Of a stretch of 34,120 nucleotides of DNA, positions 1 to 9,559 are shown piece after piece. The notes beneath the pieces were generated by a model. The model was not told the DNA's origin. It saw only the letters and a program-made list of their open reading frames with translations, and made no database searches. A program made the translations under genes and the position numbers. Origin of the DNA: Bacteroidota bacterium (GTDB lineage Bacteria > Bacteroidota > Bacteroidia > NS11-12g > UBA955); NCBI GenBank assembly GCA_041170685.1, contig JBEDNI010000003.1, positions 1-34,120 of the forward strand, given 5' to 3'. How positions within the stretch are numbered: position 1 is the first letter of the stretch; every line of letters starts with the position of its first letter.

Positions 1-661
1 ACACATAACGCCCCACCCGTTCCTGCCATGTGCCCTTGGGGGCCACGCCGGCATGTTTCATCAGGGTGGTAAATTCGGAGTAATCTACTTCGTAGGCGTC
101 TTCCCCTTTTTCTATTTTCATATTGGGAGTTGCCTCCAGTAATTGGCACATGTGCAGGTAAATGTCTTTTACCTTGGGGGCGTCGCCAAAACCTGCATCA
201 ATACTGCCGGTGTAGCCGGCATGTAACAATGCATCTACAATGCCCGACAGCAATTGAACTTCCATGAGTTCGCGGTGCGTGTTGTCAAATATGGTAACCT
301 CTTTTCCCTCCGCTATGCTGCGCATGAAATACGGAAACAAGTTGGAAGCATTGCCGCCTTCCCCAACCATATTGGGTAATCGGATGATAAGATGATTTGG
401 AAAACGCTGCCGAATCGCCTCCTCCATTTTCACCTTATGCCGAATATATGGGGTGTTCTGCCTGGAAGGATTAAAAATACTGACGGTAGAAAAATAACAA
501 AGCAGCAGACGGCTGTCCTGCATACCAAGTAAAGAGAGTTCACGTTCAAAGGCCAGTGGATTTGTTTCACCCGAATCAGAAACACCCGAGCAAAAAAAGG
601 TCACCGATTCCCGGTCAATATCTCTGAGACTGTTGGCGAGTAATCCGTTCCCTATAATCAT
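1..661 (-). CDS. NAD(P)-binding SDR epimerase/dehydratase-like protein (partial, 3' end beyond window)
   Basis: Absent from the ORF track because it runs off the window edge. The minus-strand frame is open from ATG 659-661 to position 1 (220 codons; I checked every triplet and found no stop). N-terminus MIIGNGLLANSL is a degenerate Rossmann GxGxxA. YIRHK matches the SDR YxxxK motif. The start overlaps the upstream GT gene by 47 nt. Confidence 0.7.
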   Translation of the reverse strand, partial: MIIGNGLLANSLRDIDRESVTFFCSGVSDSGETNPLAFERELSLLGMQDSRLLLCYFSTVSIFNPSRQNTPYIRHKVKMEEAIRQRFPNHLIIRLPNMVGEGGNASNLFPYFMRSIAEGKEVTIFDNTHRELMEVQLLSGIVDALLHAGYTGSIDAGFGDAPKVKDIYLHMCQLLEATPNMKIEKGEDAYEVDYSEFTTLMKHAGVAPKGTWQERVGRYV

Positions 662-1805
662 GAGAAGCTGTTTGTAGATGCGAAACTAATTGATTTACCG
701 TAGTTTCCCACCGAAAATTATGCAATACTTTCTGATAACAGGCCATTTGTTTGCTACGAAGTTCAGGTGCCGGTGTTCTGATAATGGCCTTCATGGTGTC
801 TTTGAGTGATTTACTGCTTCCAGGGTGTAACAGCCATCCGGTCTCTTTGTCAATAACCTTTGTAACCGCACCCACCCCGGTAGCAGCAACGCATAATCCT
901 CGCGCCATAGATTCTATAATAATGGTGGGAAACCCTTCGGATAGACTGGGCAACAACAAAACCTCGCTGCTATCTTTCAGGGGTTTTAATGCTTCAGCGG
1001 ACAAGTTTCCATGGTAACGAATCCTCGGATCTTGCAACTCCAGATGTTTGGGTAGCTCGCCCACAATATCAATCTCGAATGTTTCGTTATCCTTAATCAG
1101 TTCCTGAAGGGTTTCATGCAGTAAGTGATATCCTTTTCGATATTCGTTTCTGGCCACAAATAAAAACTTCCGTATCATTCCATTTTCCTTGGACAAGGGT
1201 TCCGGATTCAGCCAAAAGTCATCTACAGCCCCATATTGCTCAAAAATACGGTCTTCCGATTTACCCTGCCTGCGTAAAATATCCTTCACATCTCCGCCAT
1301 AGGAAAAAATATAGTCCGTCAAACGGATGATAGGAACTGCCGGAATTCGCATCAGCATTTTGTGCAGCATTTCTTTCACAGCAAAAGCCGGCTGAAACAT
1401 TTCAAGACCGTGTAACTGAACAATGACAGGGATTTGAGGCCTGCTTTGCCGTGCCAGCCAGTGCCACAATGTATATCCTTTTCCAAACAGGATGTCGGTG
1501 GTTGATATTTTATGGGAAAAATAGTTTGTAATCCTTCGCGAGTACAAATAACTTGCCACCACATAATGACCCGGAAATCTGGGTGTTTTTGGATAAGGAA
1601 TTACATGAAAACGGATGTTGTCAGGTCGCCCATTTTCCCAGAATCGGGATTCCGCCTCTTCGGCACTGCTGACTCCATGATCGGGGATCAAGACATCCAC
1701 CCTGTGCTCGGTTCCTGCCAGGTGCCGGATAATGTAGGAAGCATGCTTTTGCATGCCCCCCAGCACAAATGGGTAAATTCCGTCAGTAGCAAATACGAAG
1801 TTCAA
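615..1805 (-). CDS. Glycosyltransferase, GT-B fold (GT4/GT1 family)
   Basis: 396 aa. TTG start at 1803-1805 directly follows an in-frame stop. N-terminus FVFATDGIYPFVLGGMQKH and C-terminal PSLSEGFPTIIIESMARGLCV (E-x7-E) are typical of GT4 enzymes. Confidence 0.85.
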   Translation of the reverse strand: MNFVFATDGIYPFVLGGMQKHASYIIRHLAGTEHRVDVLIPDHGVSSAEEAESRFWENGRPDNIRFHVIPYPKTPRFPGHYVVASYLYSRRITNYFSHKISTTDILFGKGYTLWHWLARQSRPQIPVIVQLHGLEMFQPAFAVKEMLHKMLMRIPAVPIIRLTDYIFSYGGDVKDILRRQGKSEDRIFEQYGAVDDFWLNPEPLSKENGMIRKFLFVARNEYRKGYHLLHETLQELIKDNETFEIDIVGELPKHLELQDPRIRYHGNLSAEALKPLKDSSEVLLLPSLSEGFPTIIIESMARGLCVAATGVGAVTKVIDKETGWLLHPGSSKSLKDTMKAIIRTPAPELRSKQMACYQKVLHNFRWETTVNQLVSHLQTASHDYRERITRQQSQRY

Positions 1806-1838
1806 TCAGGTTGCAAATTACCGCAATTGGGAATATAA

Positions 1839-3686
1839 ATGTGTGGGATTAACGGTATTTTTGGCTTAAAAGACAGATTCAGAACCACAGACATGTTGGT
1901 GCACATGAACAATGCACTGGTTCATAGGGGCCCTGATGCAACCGGAATATTCACCGATGAAAACATAGGACTGGGTCATCGGCGCCTGAGTATCATCGAT
2001 CTTTCCGAAGAAGCCCGCCAACCCATGACATCCGCCAGTGGGCGATATACCATCGTTTACAACGGTGAAATCTATAACTATAAAACGCTTAAGGCAACCC
2101 ACCGAAAATACCCCTACCGAACCGAAACAGATACTGAAGTAATTCTGGCTTTACTGGAAGAGCATGGTACCCAGGCATTTCAAATGCTCGACGGAATGTT
2201 TGCAATGGCCATCTGGGACCGTGAAAAGAAGCAGCTGTTGCTGGTCCGTGACCGAATGGGTGTGAAGCCCCTCTATTTCTGCCGCGGTGGTGATTTGCTG
2301 CTGTTTAGCAGTGAAATTAAAGGGTTGCTTGCTTCCGGGCATTTTAAAGCTCGCATCAACAAGCGTGCGTTGGGCAATTATCTCCTGTATCAAACGGTTT
2401 ATAGTCCCGAAACCATGGTGAACGGTGTGCAAATGCTACCGGCAGGTTCTTATGCCGTGGTTGATGATAAGGGTTTTGGGGTTCGCCATTACTGGCGTAT
2501 GGAGGATTGTCGCGATAAATATACCCTGCCCGGCCCTTATGAAAAGGTAATTAAACAAACCCGTGAACTTATTTTCAAGGCTGTAGAAAAACGCCTGATG
2601 AGTGATGTTCCGCTGGGGGCATTTCTTTCCGGAGGGATTGATAGTTCTGCCATCGTGGCAGTGATGAGCAAGCTATCGGATAGACAGGTGAAAACCTTCA
2701 ATGTGTATTTCGATGAACAGGAATTCAGTGAAAAACGGTTTGCCGAAATGATTGCCGACAAGTACCGTACCGACCACCACCCTGTGCTGCTGAGGCCAGA
2801 TGAGTTTTTACATGACATACCCGAAGCCCTTGATGCCATGGACCATCCCGGAATGGATGGGTTGAATACGTACATCATTTCCAAATACACCAAAAAAGCA
2901 GGAATCACGGTTGCGTTAAGTGGCATTGGAGGAGATGAGTTATTTGGCGGTTACCCTGTTTTTGGATACCTGCAACAGCTGAAGAAGTACCGGTTTATCG
3001 GAAAATTGCCCATCGGAATGCGCAAAAGTGCCGCCATTTTGCCCAGCCGGATGTTAAAAGGAAAAGCAGCCCAGAAATTGGCCATGCTGGCCGGTATGCC
3101 TTCCTGGGACTGGGCTCATATTTATCCTGTGTTTAGACAGGCCATGAACATGCAGGAGCTCGAACAGGCCGGAGTCGATTATCACCGTTATTTTCAAACC
3201 GAAACGGATGATCCGTTTGGTCCAAAACTGGTTTCAGAAATTACCATTGCAGAATGTAGCACCTATTTGGAAAATATTTTGCTTCGTGATGCAGACCAGA
3301 TGGGAATGGCCCATAGCCTGGAAATCAGGGAGCCGTTTTTGGATAAAGATCTGGTGGAATTTATGCTGGCCATGCCCGATGATTTTAAACCCCTGAAACC
3401 ACCCAAACAGCTGCTTATTGATGCAATGGGTGATTTGCTTCCCCGTGAAATCTGGGACAGACCCAAAATGGGATTCTCTTTCCCCTGGCAGGCATGGATG
3501 AACCGCGAACTCAAACCCTTTTGTACCGAAAGACTGGAATTACTCAAAAACTTCGAATTATTAAACCCTGCATATATTGACGGGTTAATATCAGGGCTGA
3601 ATCAAAAAGATAACCCTAATTGGCACAAAGCATGGAGTCTGGCTGTGTTGGGTCACTGGATTAACAGACAAAAGATACATGACTGA
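1839..3686 (+). CDS. asnB: Asparagine synthase (glutamine-hydrolysing) family amidotransferase
   Basis: 615 aa. MCGI N-terminus (Cys2 Ntn amidotransferase nucleophile), HRRLSIIDLS, and the SGGIDSS PP-loop of the synthetase domain. It is flanked by GT genes, so it may amidate a sugar or uronate rather than act as housekeeping AsnB. Confidence 0.88.
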   Translation: MCGINGIFGLKDRFRTTDMLVHMNNALVHRGPDATGIFTDENIGLGHRRLSIIDLSEEARQPMTSASGRYTIVYNGEIYNYKTLKATHRKYPYRTETDTEVILALLEEHGTQAFQMLDGMFAMAIWDREKKQLLLVRDRMGVKPLYFCRGGDLLLFSSEIKGLLASGHFKARINKRALGNYLLYQTVYSPETMVNGVQMLPAGSYAVVDDKGFGVRHYWRMEDCRDKYTLPGPYEKVIKQTRELIFKAVEKRLMSDVPLGAFLSGGIDSSAIVAVMSKLSDRQVKTFNVYFDEQEFSEKRFAEMIADKYRTDHHPVLLRPDEFLHDIPEALDAMDHPGMDGLNTYIISKYTKKAGITVALSGIGGDELFGGYPVFGYLQQLKKYRFIGKLPIGMRKSAAILPSRMLKGKAAQKLAMLAGMPSWDWAHIYPVFRQAMNMQELEQAGVDYHRYFQTETDDPFGPKLVSEITIAECSTYLENILLRDADQMGMAHSLEIREPFLDKDLVEFMLAMPDDFKPLKPPKQLLIDAMGDLLPREIWDRPKMGFSFPWQAWMNRELKPFCTERLELLKNFELLNPAYIDGLISGLNQKDNPNWHKAWSLAVLGHWINRQKIHD

Positions 3687-4839
3687 TAAAACCTCCGTGG
3701 TGGTGGTCTGCGACTGGTTCGACCCCGCCTTCAAGGCAGGTGGGCCCGTTCAGTCACTCGTCAATCTGGTAACACAACTGCACGACCACTACCATTTTTC
3801 CATTATTTGCGGAAACCGTGATTATGGAACAGCCGACACCTTGCCGGTACCCACAGGAATTTGGACAGACTGGAATGGTATGGCCCGGGTAATGTATCTG
3901 GATAACAAATCACTGTCTCGCAAAGCCATTTTTTCAATCCTGGATGAAAATGTGTCTGCAAAGTCGGTTCTATACGTACAGGGCATATTTTCACGTTACT
4001 TCAGTATTTATCCCTTATTGTGGTGGCAGCGATCCAAACACAGAAAAATCGTGGTAGCACCGCGTGGCATGCTGCATCAAACCGCCAGGTCAGTAAAACC
4101 TTTCAAGAAAGTGCTATTTCTCACCTTGGCAAAATGGCTTGGATGGTTTAATAATATAGACTGGCAAAGCACCCAGCCCGATGAAACAAAGGAAATAAGA
4201 AAGACGCTTGGTAAAAAAGCCAAAATAATGGAAGCGGCCAACATACCACGCATAATACCGCCCTATCAGCTGCGAAATGAGAATGTTGAAGGGTTGAAAA
4301 TCCTTTCCGTAGGCCGTATTTCCGATGAAAAAGATCCCATTATGCTCCTTGATGTGCTGGGGCGTCTTGCACTTCCGGCTGTGGCAACTGTTATAGGTGA
4401 TTATTCGGACGAAGAGTATTATAAAAAGTTCAAACATTTAACCAATCAACTTCCGGAACACATTAAGTTTACTCATATTCGTGCTGTTTCACCATCAGAA
4501 ATAGGGCATTTTTACAGAGACCATCAAGTGTTTGTTTCCTGCAGTAAAGGAGAGAATTTTGGGCATGCCATAGCCGAGGCACTGTCCTATGGTTTGCCAT
4601 GCTTTATCGGAGAAAACACCCCCTGGACCGGCCTAAAGGAGAAAAAATCAGGCGAAGAACTACCCCTTGAACCGGCCGCATTCGAGGCAGTATTGACCGC
4701 TTACTATCAATTGTCATCTGAAGAAAAAGCGGAAATGTCACGCGCAGCACACAACTTTGCAGTGCAGTCTTTTCAGCCCGAAAAATACCGCACCCAATAC
4801 AAAGCATTGTTTAGCATAGAGGAAACAGACGATGAATAA
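3679..4839 (+). CDS. Glycosyltransferase, GT-B fold (GT4-like)
   Basis: 386 aa. N-terminal VVVCDWFDPAFKAGGPVQS and C-terminal SKGENFGHAIAEALSYGLP (E-x7-E). The ATG overlaps the asnB-like stop by 8 nt. Confidence 0.8.
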   Translation: MTDKTSVVVVCDWFDPAFKAGGPVQSLVNLVTQLHDHYHFSIICGNRDYGTADTLPVPTGIWTDWNGMARVMYLDNKSLSRKAIFSILDENVSAKSVLYVQGIFSRYFSIYPLLWWQRSKHRKIVVAPRGMLHQTARSVKPFKKVLFLTLAKWLGWFNNIDWQSTQPDETKEIRKTLGKKAKIMEAANIPRIIPPYQLRNENVEGLKILSVGRISDEKDPIMLLDVLGRLALPAVATVIGDYSDEEYYKKFKHLTNQLPEHIKFTHIRAVSPSEIGHFYRDHQVFVSCSKGENFGHAIAEALSYGLPCFIGENTPWTGLKEKKSGEELPLEPAAFEAVLTAYYQLSSEEKAEMSRAAHNFAVQSFQPEKYRTQYKALFSIEETDDE

Positions 4840-5992
4840 AAGCGTAAAACTACCGGCAGATATTAGAATCGGTGTAATTGGCGGAGGTCAATTGGGCAAA
4901 ATGCTTATCGAGGCTTCTCGTCCCTGGAATATACAATACAGCGTTCTTGAAAACGACTTGAATTGTCCGGCGGCCTCACTCGCAAATCATGTAATCCTGG
5001 GAAGCCTCAAAGACGCCGAAAGCATTCAGAAACTGTCGGCTGAATGTGACGTCCTAACTTATGAAATAGAGCATATCAACGCCGATGCATTGCAGCAGCT
5101 GGAGCAGGCAGGAAAGACAGTCATCCCCTCGGCCCGCACCCTGCAAATGATACAGGACAAGGGTCTTCAAAAACAGTTTTACCAACAGCATGCCATCCCC
5201 ACAGCGGATTTTGTGATTTGTGATAATCCGCAGGATTTATCAAAGGCCATATTGATGATTGGCGGAAATAAAGTGGTGGTGAAACAACGCATGGGTGGCT
5301 ACGATGGTAAAGGCGTTGATATTGTTACTTATAGTGACATTCAAACGGGATTGTTTCAATCACCCGGACCTTGCGTGGTAGAATATTTTCATGAAAACAT
5401 AACCGAATATTCGGTGATTGTGGCAGCAGACCAATTTGGAAATGTGGTAACATACCCGCTCATTGAAATGTATTTTAATCCGCAGAGCAATCTGGTAGAA
5501 TTTCTCTTTTCGCCGGCCGAAACCACCCCGGACCTGGAGGCGGAATGCAGGAACGTGGCAATGCACGCAGTCAGAGAATTGAAATCACCCGGATTGTTTG
5601 CCGTAGAATTATTTGTTACGCAATCAGCCGAGGTATTGGTGAATGAAATAGCGCCACGTCCCCATAACAGCGGTCACCATACCATTGAGGGAAGCTATAC
5701 CAGCCAGTTTGAGCAACTGAACCGGATTTTGCTGGGTTTGCCGTTGGGTAATACAGAAATGATACAACCGTCAGCCATGATCAATCTGGTGGGGGGTGAA
5801 GGTCAGACCGGTGCTTATAAACTCAAATATGCTGAACAACTGCTATCGGAACCCGGCGTGTATGTGCATCTTTACAACAAAGCCGAAATACGCCCGCAAC
5901 GAAAAATGGGTCACATAACCGTAATGGCCGAAACGTTACAGGAGTTGCTGGATAAAGCCGGTAAAATAAGGGATTGGGCGGTTTTTGAATAA
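4832..5992 (+). CDS. purK: N5-carboxyaminoimidazole ribonucleotide synthase
   Basis: 386 aa. IGVIGGGQLGKML N-terminus, an ATP-grasp body, EIAPRPHNSGHHT and RKMGHITV motifs typical of PurK. The start overlaps the upstream GT stop by 8 nt. Confidence 0.9.
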   Translation: MNKSVKLPADIRIGVIGGGQLGKMLIEASRPWNIQYSVLENDLNCPAASLANHVILGSLKDAESIQKLSAECDVLTYEIEHINADALQQLEQAGKTVIPSARTLQMIQDKGLQKQFYQQHAIPTADFVICDNPQDLSKAILMIGGNKVVVKQRMGGYDGKGVDIVTYSDIQTGLFQSPGPCVVEYFHENITEYSVIVAADQFGNVVTYPLIEMYFNPQSNLVEFLFSPAETTPDLEAECRNVAMHAVRELKSPGLFAVELFVTQSAEVLVNEIAPRPHNSGHHTIEGSYTSQFEQLNRILLGLPLGNTEMIQPSAMINLVGGEGQTGAYKLKYAEQLLSEPGVYVHLYNKAEIRPQRKMGHITVMAETLQELLDKAGKIRDWAVFE

Positions 5993-5994
5993 GG

Positions 5995-6555
5995 TCAAAC
6001 CGTCATAATTTCTTTTTCTTTCGAAGACAACACTTCCTCGGTTTTCTTGATATAGTTGTCAATCGTTTTCTGAATCTCTTCTTCTGCACCTCGCGCTTCA
6101 TCTTCACTGAGGCCGTCCTTTTGCATGGTTTTCACCGTTTCCATAAAGTCCTTGCGGATGTTGCGGATGCCCACTTTGCTGTTTTCTGCTTCTGCTTTGG
6201 CCATTTTAACCAAATCTTTTCTCCGTTCTTCTGTTAAAGCCGGTACGTTAATGCGAATCATTTCCCCGTCATTTTGAGGAGCAAACCCCAGGTTGCTGTT
6301 GATAATAGCAGTTTCAATGGGACGAATCAGTGATTTATCCCATGGCTGTATGGCCAAAGTTCTGGCGTCAGGGGTGCCCACGTTTGCCACCTGATTCAAG
6401 GGTGTTGGAGCTCCGTAATATTCAACCATAACACCATCCAGCATGTTTGGGGTGGCTTTTCCGGCACGAATGCGCGAAAATTCCTGATGGGTGTGGGAGA
6501 GGTTTTTTTCCAGTTGGTCTTTCAACTGGGTCAGCAGATCATTAACGGTTGCCAT
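5995..6555 (-). CDS. frr: Ribosome recycling factor
   Basis: 186 aa with full-length RRF character (RIRAGKATPNMLDGVMVEYYGAPTPLNQVA, LTEERRKDLVK). Confidence 0.95.
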   Translation of the reverse strand: MATVNDLLTQLKDQLEKNLSHTHQEFSRIRAGKATPNMLDGVMVEYYGAPTPLNQVANVGTPDARTLAIQPWDKSLIRPIETAIINSNLGFAPQNDGEMIRINVPALTEERRKDLVKMAKAEAENSKVGIRNIRKDFMETVKTMQKDGLSEDEARGAEEEIQKTIDNYIKKTEEVLSSKEKEIMTV

Positions 6556-6570
6556 AGGGTTTTATCACGG

Positions 6571-6578
6571 CAAAAATA
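6571..6578 (-). promoter_or_regulatory. -7 box (TATTTTTG) upstream of frr
   Basis: Exact TAnnTTTG on the minus strand, 15 nt upstream of the frr ATG (6555). No clear -33 element. Confidence 0.4.
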
Positions 6579-6628
6579 ATAAATACATGGTTTGTTGCCG
6601 CATAAACCCGTTTTGTAGTATGTTTTTC

Positions 6629-6660
6629 TTTGACAATGCCGCAGTTTAGTGGTAACTTTG
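6629..6660 (+). promoter_or_regulatory. Bacteroidota sigma-A type promoter for tatA-gatA (-33 TTTG, -7 TAACTTTG)
   Basis: TTTG at 6629-6632, a 20-nt spacer, then an exact TAnnTTTG at 6653-6660. This is 15 nt upstream of ATG 6676. Confidence 0.5.
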
Positions 6661-6675
6661 AACAAAATTTCAAAC

Positions 6676-6891
6676 ATGAGTACTATCCTTTTTCTTGGCA
6701 ATATGGGTACCGGCGAAATCATCATGATTTTGGTTATCGTGCTATTGTTGTTTGGCGGTCGTAAAATTCCTGAACTGATGCGTGGACTGGGTCGTGGTGT
6801 GCGTGAATTCAATGACGCAAAAAACAATGTGTCCAGCGAAATCCGCAAGGGCATGGAGGAAGACCCCAACAAGACCAAGACAGAAGCTTGA
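6676..6891 (+). CDS. tatA: Twin-arginine translocase subunit TatA/E
   Basis: Single TM helix followed by an amphipathic helix: [37 protein letters not shown]. The ORF-track GTG at 6649 lies inside the predicted promoter, so ATG 6676 is preferred. ATG 6703 is also possible. Confidence 0.85.
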   Translation: MSTILFLGNMGTGEIIMILVIVLLLFGGRKIPELMRGLGRGVREFNDAKNNVSSEIRKGMEEDPNKTKTEA

Positions 6892-8315
6892 GCAGTTATC
6901 GGCGTATCTCCGACATTCAGGCCGATATCCGGTCGGGTAAAACCAACTGCGTTCAGCTGGTAAAAGAGTATATTGCCCGAATTGAAGAAAACAAAAACCT
7001 AAATGCTTTTTTGGAAGTTTGGGCTGAAGAAGCGCTGGAGCGAGCTTTTCACATAGATCAAAAATTTAAATCCGGAACCCCCGGACGTCTGGCCGGTTTA
7101 GTTCTTGGTATCAAAGACAATCTGGCCTACAAGGGCCATAAAGTTTCGGCGGCAAGCAAAATACTGGAAGGTTTTGAAAGTCTGTATACCGCAACATCGG
7201 TTCAGCGTTTACTCAACGAAGATGTTATCATCCTGGGACGCACCAACTGTGATGAGTTTGCCATGGGTGCTTCCAATGAAAATTCCGCATTTGGTCCGGT
7301 GCGAAATGCCACCGACCCCAATCGGGTTCCCGGCGGCAGCAGTGGTGGCAGTGCTGTTGCGGTGCAAGCCAATCTAGTCCACGCTTCCCTGGGCAGCGAT
7401 ACCGGCGGATCTATACGTCAGCCGGCGGCATTCTGCGGTTTATTTGGCCTAAAACCCACGTACGGTCTCATTAGTCGCTGGGGATTACTCGCGTATGCCA
7501 GCAGTTTTGACCAGGTCGGTCCCCTTACCCGCTCACTGGAGGATAATATGTTGCTAACGGAAATTATGGCTGGTCCCGATGAGCAGGACGCTACCGTTTC
7601 TGACAGGCCGGCTCCTCGTTATCAGATTAATCAACCTAAAGGCAAATACACTTTTGCAGTAATGCGGCAGGCCATTGATCATCCGGGTCTGGATGCCGAA
7701 GTAAAAACAGCCACAGAATTCCTAATCAAAGCCCTGACTGACCATGGGCACACCGTTACCTATTTTGACTTCGAGTACCTGGATTATCTGGTACCAACCT
7801 ATTATGTGCTAACCACTGCTGAAGCCAGCAGTAACCTGAGCCGCTACAGCGGGCTGCTATACGGTCACAGGAGCCAGCATGCCAAAGACCTGGAATCTAC
7901 TTTTACCCTCAGCCGCAGTGAAGGTTTCGGAGAAGAGGTGAAAAGAAGAATTATGCTGGGGACTTTTGTTTTAAGCAGTGATTATTATGATGCTTATTAC
8001 AGTAAAGCCCAGAAAGTAAGGCGCATCATTCAAAATAAGACCCGCGAAGTTTTGGCGGGAGCGGATGCCATCCTGATTCCCACCACCAGCACACCGGCAT
8101 TTAAGCTGGGAGAAAAATCCAAAGACCCCATTGCCATGTATCTGGCAGATTTGTTTACCGTTCAGGCAAATATTGCCGGAAACTGCGCCATCAGCGTACC
8201 CGTAGCCAAAACAACATCCGGGTTGCCCCTGGGCATGCAGTTAATGTGTGGGGATTTTGAGGAACAAAAACTCTTTGATGTATCATCTGAAATCCTTCGT
8301 ATCTGCAATTCATGA
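6888..8315 (+). CDS. gatA: Asp-tRNA(Asn)/Glu-tRNA(Gln) amidotransferase subunit A
   Basis: 475 aa. Amidase signature [11 protein letters not shown] with downstream [16 protein letters not shown]. The TTG start overlaps the tatA stop by 4 nt. Confidence 0.92.
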   Translation: MSSYRRISDIQADIRSGKTNCVQLVKEYIARIEENKNLNAFLEVWAEEALERAFHIDQKFKSGTPGRLAGLVLGIKDNLAYKGHKVSAASKILEGFESLYTATSVQRLLNEDVIILGRTNCDEFAMGASNENSAFGPVRNATDPNRVPGGSSGGSAVAVQANLVHASLGSDTGGSIRQPAAFCGLFGLKPTYGLISRWGLLAYASSFDQVGPLTRSLEDNMLLTEIMAGPDEQDATVSDRPAPRYQINQPKGKYTFAVMRQAIDHPGLDAEVKTATEFLIKALTDHGHTVTYFDFEYLDYLVPTYYVLTTAEASSNLSRYSGLLYGHRSQHAKDLESTFTLSRSEGFGEEVKRRIMLGTFVLSSDYYDAYYSKAQKVRRIIQNKTREVLAGADAILIPTTSTPAFKLGEKSKDPIAMYLADLFTVQANIAGNCAISVPVAKTTSGLPLGMQLMCGDFEEQKLFDVSSEILRICNS

Positions 8316-9559
8316 GGTTTTCTGTTCTGTTGCTTGCGTTTACTCTTCTTTGTAATGGCCTTAGAGCCAATGTTTGGGAAAACCGCATTCGCGCCTTTGA
8401 GCAAGTGGGACTGCCGCATTTTTATAATGCAGCGGTGCAACGCAAAATAGATACGCTATTGATAAACGCCAATCGTTCTACTTCCATATTGGTTGGAAAA
8501 CAGTCGGCCTTTCAGCCCTACATAGACAATGCCCGTCAGATTTATTCATTGCCCTGGTTTATTCGTTTTTTACCTGCGGCCAACACAGACTTAAACACCC
8601 GATTTACCGATGCCGAAGGTTCCACAGGAATATGGCCGCTCAACTTCAGTATGGGCAAAAAATACGGGCTGAAACAAACTTCCATTCTGGATGAGAGAAG
8701 GTCACTTTCAGCTTCCTCCAATGCGGCATGCCACTATATTAAAGACCTTCAGGGAATTTATCGCGACTGGCTAAAAACCATTGTGGCATTCCGAATTGGT
8801 GCGGTTCGGTTGAATCAGGCCATCAGGCAGGCAGGAAACAGCCTTAAGTTTGAAGATATCTATAAACACCTCACACCCGCGGAACAGCAACACATCGTAA
8901 ACTTTTATGCTACCCTGGTAGTAATGTATCATTTTGAGGAGACCGGACTCAGCAAAGATGTTTACCCGATGATGAAGGCCGATACCGCCACCGCCCGATG
9001 CCTGCTCCCTTTTGTGTTTTTTGAAGAAAAAACCGGCATCACATCCAGTGAACTGCAGCAAATAAACCCGGAATTTAAGTCCAACGTCATTCCCTGGTTT
9101 GGGGAACCGGCTACCTTTCATATTCCGGCCGCCAAGCGCACCGCCTACCTGAAAGTGAGGGATAGTTTATGCATCATGATACAACAAAAAAGTGCGCCTC
9201 CAATTGTTTATGATACCATAGTTACCATAAAGGACAGCGTTACATACATAGAAATAAAACCCCGAGGAGAAAGAGGCGTAGAACCGACAAACAATGGTTC
9301 ATCAGCCACCATAACACCGATACCACCGGCCAAAGTATGGGTAATATATAAAGTGAAACCCGGAGATGGTTTTTATACACTATCCGACGTGTTTGACTGT
9401 ACCATAACCGAGATGAAGTCATGGAATGGAATAAGAACCAACACCCTCAAAGCAGGCAGTGTCCTCCGGTTCTATGTTCCTTATGTCAGGAAAAGTCAGT
9501 ACGAGCAAATAAACAGAATGAATGCTGTTGAAAAGCGAAACATAGCCAATAAAGATTAA
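8312..9559 (+). CDS. MltD-like lytic transglycosylase homolog with C-terminal LysM domain (catalytic Glu apparently replaced)
   Basis: 415 aa with signal peptide [19 protein letters not shown]. The block LPWFIRFLPAANTDLNTRFTDAEGSTGIWPLNFSMGKKYGLK aligns without gaps to the SLT/MltD motif as I remember it. LysM domain: YKVKPGDGFYTLSDVFDCTITEMKSWNGIRTNTLKAGSVLRFYVP. The ATG overlaps the gatA stop. Confidence 0.72.
   Translation: MRFSVLLLAFTLLCNGLRANVWENRIRAFEQVGLPHFYNAAVQRKIDTLLINANRSTSILVGKQSAFQPYIDNARQIYSLPWFIRFLPAANTDLNTRFTDAEGSTGIWPLNFSMGKKYGLKQTSILDERRSLSASSNAACHYIKDLQGIYRDWLKTIVAFRIGAVRLNQAIRQAGNSLKFEDIYKHLTPAEQQHIVNFYATLVVMYHFEETGLSKDVYPMMKADTATARCLLPFVFFEEKTGITSSELQQINPEFKSNVIPWFGEPATFHIPAAKRTAYLKVRDSLCIMIQQKSAPPIVYDTIVTIKDSVTYIEIKPRGERGVEPTNNGSSATITPIPPAKVWVIYKVKPGDGFYTLSDVFDCTITEMKSWNGIRTNTLKAGSVLRFYVPYVRKSQYEQINRMNAVEKRNIANKD

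Noticed and set aside
6557-6609. Nested inverted repeats upstream of frr: GGGTTT/AAACCC (6557-6562 with 6604-6609) enclosing GGCAA/TTGCC (6569-6573 with 6595-6599). These could form a leader structure.
   Set aside because: The stems are short (5-6 bp) and AT-rich. The element also overlaps the predicted frr -7 box, so most of it would not be transcribed. This is insufficient for a riboswitch or attenuator call.
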